Shown: positions 61,295-64,000 of the stretch, one piece after another
Layout: the number at the start of each line of letters is the position of its first letter
Position numbering within the stretch: the stretch's first letter is position 1
DNA from: Limnochordia bacterium
Lineage (GTDB): Bacteria; Bacillota; Limnochordia; Darwinibacteriales; DTU012
Length of the DNA stretch: 64,000 nt
Assembly: GCA_007116145.1 (NCBI GenBank)
Contig: SKJB01000050.1
Span: 1,638-65,637, forward strand
Direction of reading: 5' to 3'
Translations under genes and position numbers: made by a program
Notes under the pieces: generated by a model
The model's database searches: none
What the model was told of the DNA's origin: nothing
Seen by the model: the letters and a program-made list of their open reading frames with translations, nothing else

Positions 61295-63155
61295 GCTCTC
61301 CAGCTCCCTTCAAAAACACTAATAGAACCCCAATATCTGCTGGTGATACCCCTGCAATACGTGCTGCTTGGCCTAATGATATGGGTAGAATGGCTTGTAA
61401 TCGCTCTTTGGCTTCTGTGCGTAATCCAGAAATTGCTTGATAATTCATGTTCACTGGTATACGAATCTCTTCTAACTTTGAAAATTCAGCAACCTGACGT
61501 GCTTGCCTTTCAATATATCCGCAAAATTTACACTCTATTTCTACTTGAGCGATGATATCAGGCTCCAAATCGGGTAGTGTGGTCAATCGATCCAGTTTGT
61601 GAAAGGTTAACTCTGGTCGTTGTAATATCTCGTGAAGGCTAACACTCTTTTTCAAGTCTCCAGATCCTAGGTCTGTGAGAATCTTACGCACCTGTGTGGT
61701 GGGGGAAATTTGCGTTTGCTTTAACCAATCCAATGTTGCGTTGATGCATTTTTGCTTCTCACACAGTGTGCGATACCTTTGTTCATCGACTAATCCTATC
61801 TGGTACCCGATAGCGCGCAAGCGTAAATCTGCATTATCCTGCCGTAGTATTAATCGGTACTCCGCACGTGAAGTCATCATGCGATACGGTTCCTCCGTAC
61901 CCTTGGTAACAAGATCATCAATGAGAACTCCAATATAAGCCTGTGCTCGGCTTAACACTAGACTATTTTGCCCTAAACAACGCTTGGCTGCATTAATGCC
62001 TGCTATTAAACCTTGTGCTGCAGCCTCTTCATAACCGGATGTTCCATTAATCTGGCCTGCTGTAAATAAACCCTCAATAACCTTTGATGCAAGGCTTGAT
62101 TTAATTTGTGAGGGAATAATATAGTCATACTCGACTGCATACCCTGGGCGCATTATCTGTGCCTGCTCAAGACCGGGAATCGAACGCACAATCTGTTCCT
62201 GCACATCTTCGGGCATTCCTGTTGTTAGACCCAGACAATACATCTCTTTTGTGTATCTGCCTTCTGGCTCTACAAAAATCTGATGATTCAACGTATCAGG
62301 AAAACGTAATACCTTTCGGTCGATAGAGGGGCAAAAACGCGGTCCTTTTCCAGCTACCGATCCTGTTTGTATGGGAGATCGATGCAAATTATCTCTAATA
62401 ACTTTAATTGTCTTATCGGTGGTATTCGTCACCCAACAGGGCAATTGCCCTCTTCCATCTGGTAATGTGTCAAAGGAAAAACATAAATTCTGGTCACAAC
62501 CTGGCTGTTTTTCAACCTTCGTGTAATCAATGCTGTCAGCATGAATACGCGGCGGTGTTGCTGTTTGAAATCGTGCCAATTGAATACCATGCCTCTCTAA
62601 ACTTTCGGATAGCTCATCAGAACTAGGTTCACCTTGTCGACCTCCGGGATATCGTACATCACCAATCACTAAGATTCCCCGTAAGAAAGTGCCTGTTGCC
62701 ACGACTACGGTTTTACTGCGAAGACGCATCCCACTCTTTAGTATTACACCACGAATCTCTTGATCCTCTACTAATAGCTCGGTGACGAGTCCTTGCTTAA
62801 TCTCTAGGTTGGATTGGTTCTGTAAGCTTTGGATCATTTCCTGCTGGTACTTTTTCTTATCTGCTTGAGCACGTAGAGCATGAACGGCCGGTCCACGACT
62901 CAAATTTAACATCCGGATATTCAAAAAAGAGTGGTCTATGGTTTTAGCCATTTCTCCACCTAAAGCATCAATTTCTCGCACTAAATGACTTTTGGCCGCT
63001 GGTCCACCAATTGCGGGGTTGCATGACATCTGGGCGATGCTATCTAAATTCATGGTAATCATTAATGTCTTACACCCAAGACGCGCCGAGGCGAGAGCAG
63101 CCTCACATCCAGCATGTCCTGCTCCGATCACGATGACTTGGTACTGGGTATCCAT
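61281..63155 (-). CDS. mnmG: MnmG/GidA paralog, divergent-motif copy
   Basis: [54 protein letters not shown]. Confidence 0.9.
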   Translation of the reverse strand: MDTQYQVIVIGAGHAGCEAALASARLGCKTLMITMNLDSIAQMSCNPAIGGPAAKSHLVREIDALGGEMAKTIDHSFLNIRMLNLSRGPAVHALRAQADKKKYQQEMIQSLQNQSNLEIKQGLVTELLVEDQEIRGVILKSGMRLRSKTVVVATGTFLRGILVIGDVRYPGGRQGEPSSDELSESLERHGIQLARFQTATPPRIHADSIDYTKVEKQPGCDQNLCFSFDTLPDGRGQLPCWVTNTTDKTIKVIRDNLHRSPIQTGSVAGKGPRFCPSIDRKVLRFPDTLNHQIFVEPEGRYTKEMYCLGLTTGMPEDVQEQIVRSIPGLEQAQIMRPGYAVEYDYIIPSQIKSSLASKVIEGLFTAGQINGTSGYEEAAAQGLIAGINAAKRCLGQNSLVLSRAQAYIGVLIDDLVTKGTEEPYRMMTSRAEYRLILRQDNADLRLRAIGYQIGLVDEQRYRTLCEKQKCINATLDWLKQTQISPTTQVRKILTDLGSGDLKKSVSLHEILQRPELTFHKLDRLTTLPDLEPDIIAQVEIECKFCGYIERQARQVAEFSKLEEIRIPVNMNYQAISGLRTEAKERLQAILPISLGQAARIAGVSPADIGVLLVFLKGAGEHVSA

Positions 63156-63166
63156 GGAGTCGTCGC

Positions 63167-64000
63167 CTACTTTCCAATGCAAAATTTAGCAAAGATCCTA
63201 TCTACAATATTTTCACGTACTACTTCACCAGTAATTTCACCGAGCTGCTCTAAGGCGCCCTGCAATCCTACTGCAATTAAATCTATCGGGAAACTTGCTT
63301 GCCACGTCTCATAGGCCTGGACAAGATCCTTTTCTGCTTCCACTAGCGCTTGCTTATGGCGACTGCGCGTCACAATAGCCCCTTCTAGCTGTGGCTGCAG
63401 AAATCCGCCCTTTACTAATCCTATAATAGTAGCAATCAGTGGGTCAAGACTCTGTGTGGTTAAAGATATTTCCACAATAGGAGATTGATCCCTAATGGGC
63501 AAGTCCTTACCCGTCCATCGCATAGGCAAATCTACTTTGTTAATAATAATTACACGGGCTGATTTACCCGTCTTCTCTAATAATTGAAAGTCCTCAGCTG
63601 TCAATGGCTGACTACTGTCTAAAACATGTAACACAAGATCGGCCTGCTCTATAACGCTTAAAGCCTTTTTCACTCCAAGCTGTTCCACAACATCATCGGA
63701 TTCACGTATACCAGCTGTATCTAGTAGTCGAAACGGCATACCAGCGAGGTTTAAGACTTCTTCAATCACATCCCGCGTCGTTCCTGGAATATCTGTAACC
63801 AACGCGCGATTTTCGTTCAATAAGCGGTTTAATAAGCTCGATTTTCCGACATTCGGCTTACCGCTAATCACTGTTTTTAACCCTTCGCGCAATACCTTAC
63901 CATCACTAGCAGTGGCAATCAGTTGTCGGATATCTGCAATAGTCTTCGCTAATATCTCCCCCATTTCCTGCGATTCTACCTCAGGAATATCATCTTCGGG
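63167..64000 (-). CDS. mnmE: tRNA modification GTPase MnmE/TrmE, C-terminal part (starts beyond the window)
   Basis: [34 protein letters not shown]. Confidence 0.96.
   Translation of the reverse strand, partial: PEDDIPEVESQEMGEILAKTIADIRQLIATASDGKVLREGLKTVISGKPNVGKSSLLNRLLNENRALVTDIPGTTRDVIEEVLNLAGMPFRLLDTAGIRESDDVVEQLGVKKALSVIEQADLVLHVLDSSQPLTAEDFQLLEKTGKSARVIIINKVDLPMRWTGKDLPIRDQSPIVEISLTTQSLDPLIATIIGLVKGGFLQPQLEGAIVTRSRHKQALVEAEKDLVQAYETWQASFPIDLIAVGLQGALEQLGEITGEVVRENIVDRIFAKFCIGK

Overview
Core-chromosome window from a spore-forming Bacillota of clostridial type (SipL, LonC, SpoVT, YabP/Q, YyaC), lying just to one side of oriC. Almost all genes are on the minus strand and read away from the right edge. 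From the right: mnmE (partial), two tandem diverged mnmG, rsmG, noc, parA, parB, a YcgR-N/FlhG-like fusion, yyaC/yyaD, gcvTHPAPB, prsA-like, ychF, rpsF-ssb-rpsR, yybS-rplI-lonC, aroE, ridA, ddl, ABC-F, DnaD-like, DnaB-type helicase, rsmA, veg, sipL, ispE, tRNA-Gln, glmU-prs-ctc-pth-mfd-spoVT-yabM, hup/mazG (opposite strand), yabPQ-divIC-yabR, DUF501-ppx and tRNA-Leu. The left 10 kb holds a CheB/CheR-PAS plus GGDEF/HD-GYP pair and ABC genes. I saw no CRISPR, IS, integrase or rRNA. Most unusual: (1) a coupled mnmG pair in which one copy has altered normally invariant motifs; (2) a flagellar-brake-N/FlhG fusion inside the par operon; (3) a relocated, atypical helicase coupled to a DnaD-domain gene and an orphan ORF; (4) a compact DnaA-box cluster and a 42-bp perfect palindrome centred on parS; (5) unannotated small ORFs and an anti-SD hairpin at yabP. 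Family assignments come from motif recognition only; no searches were run.
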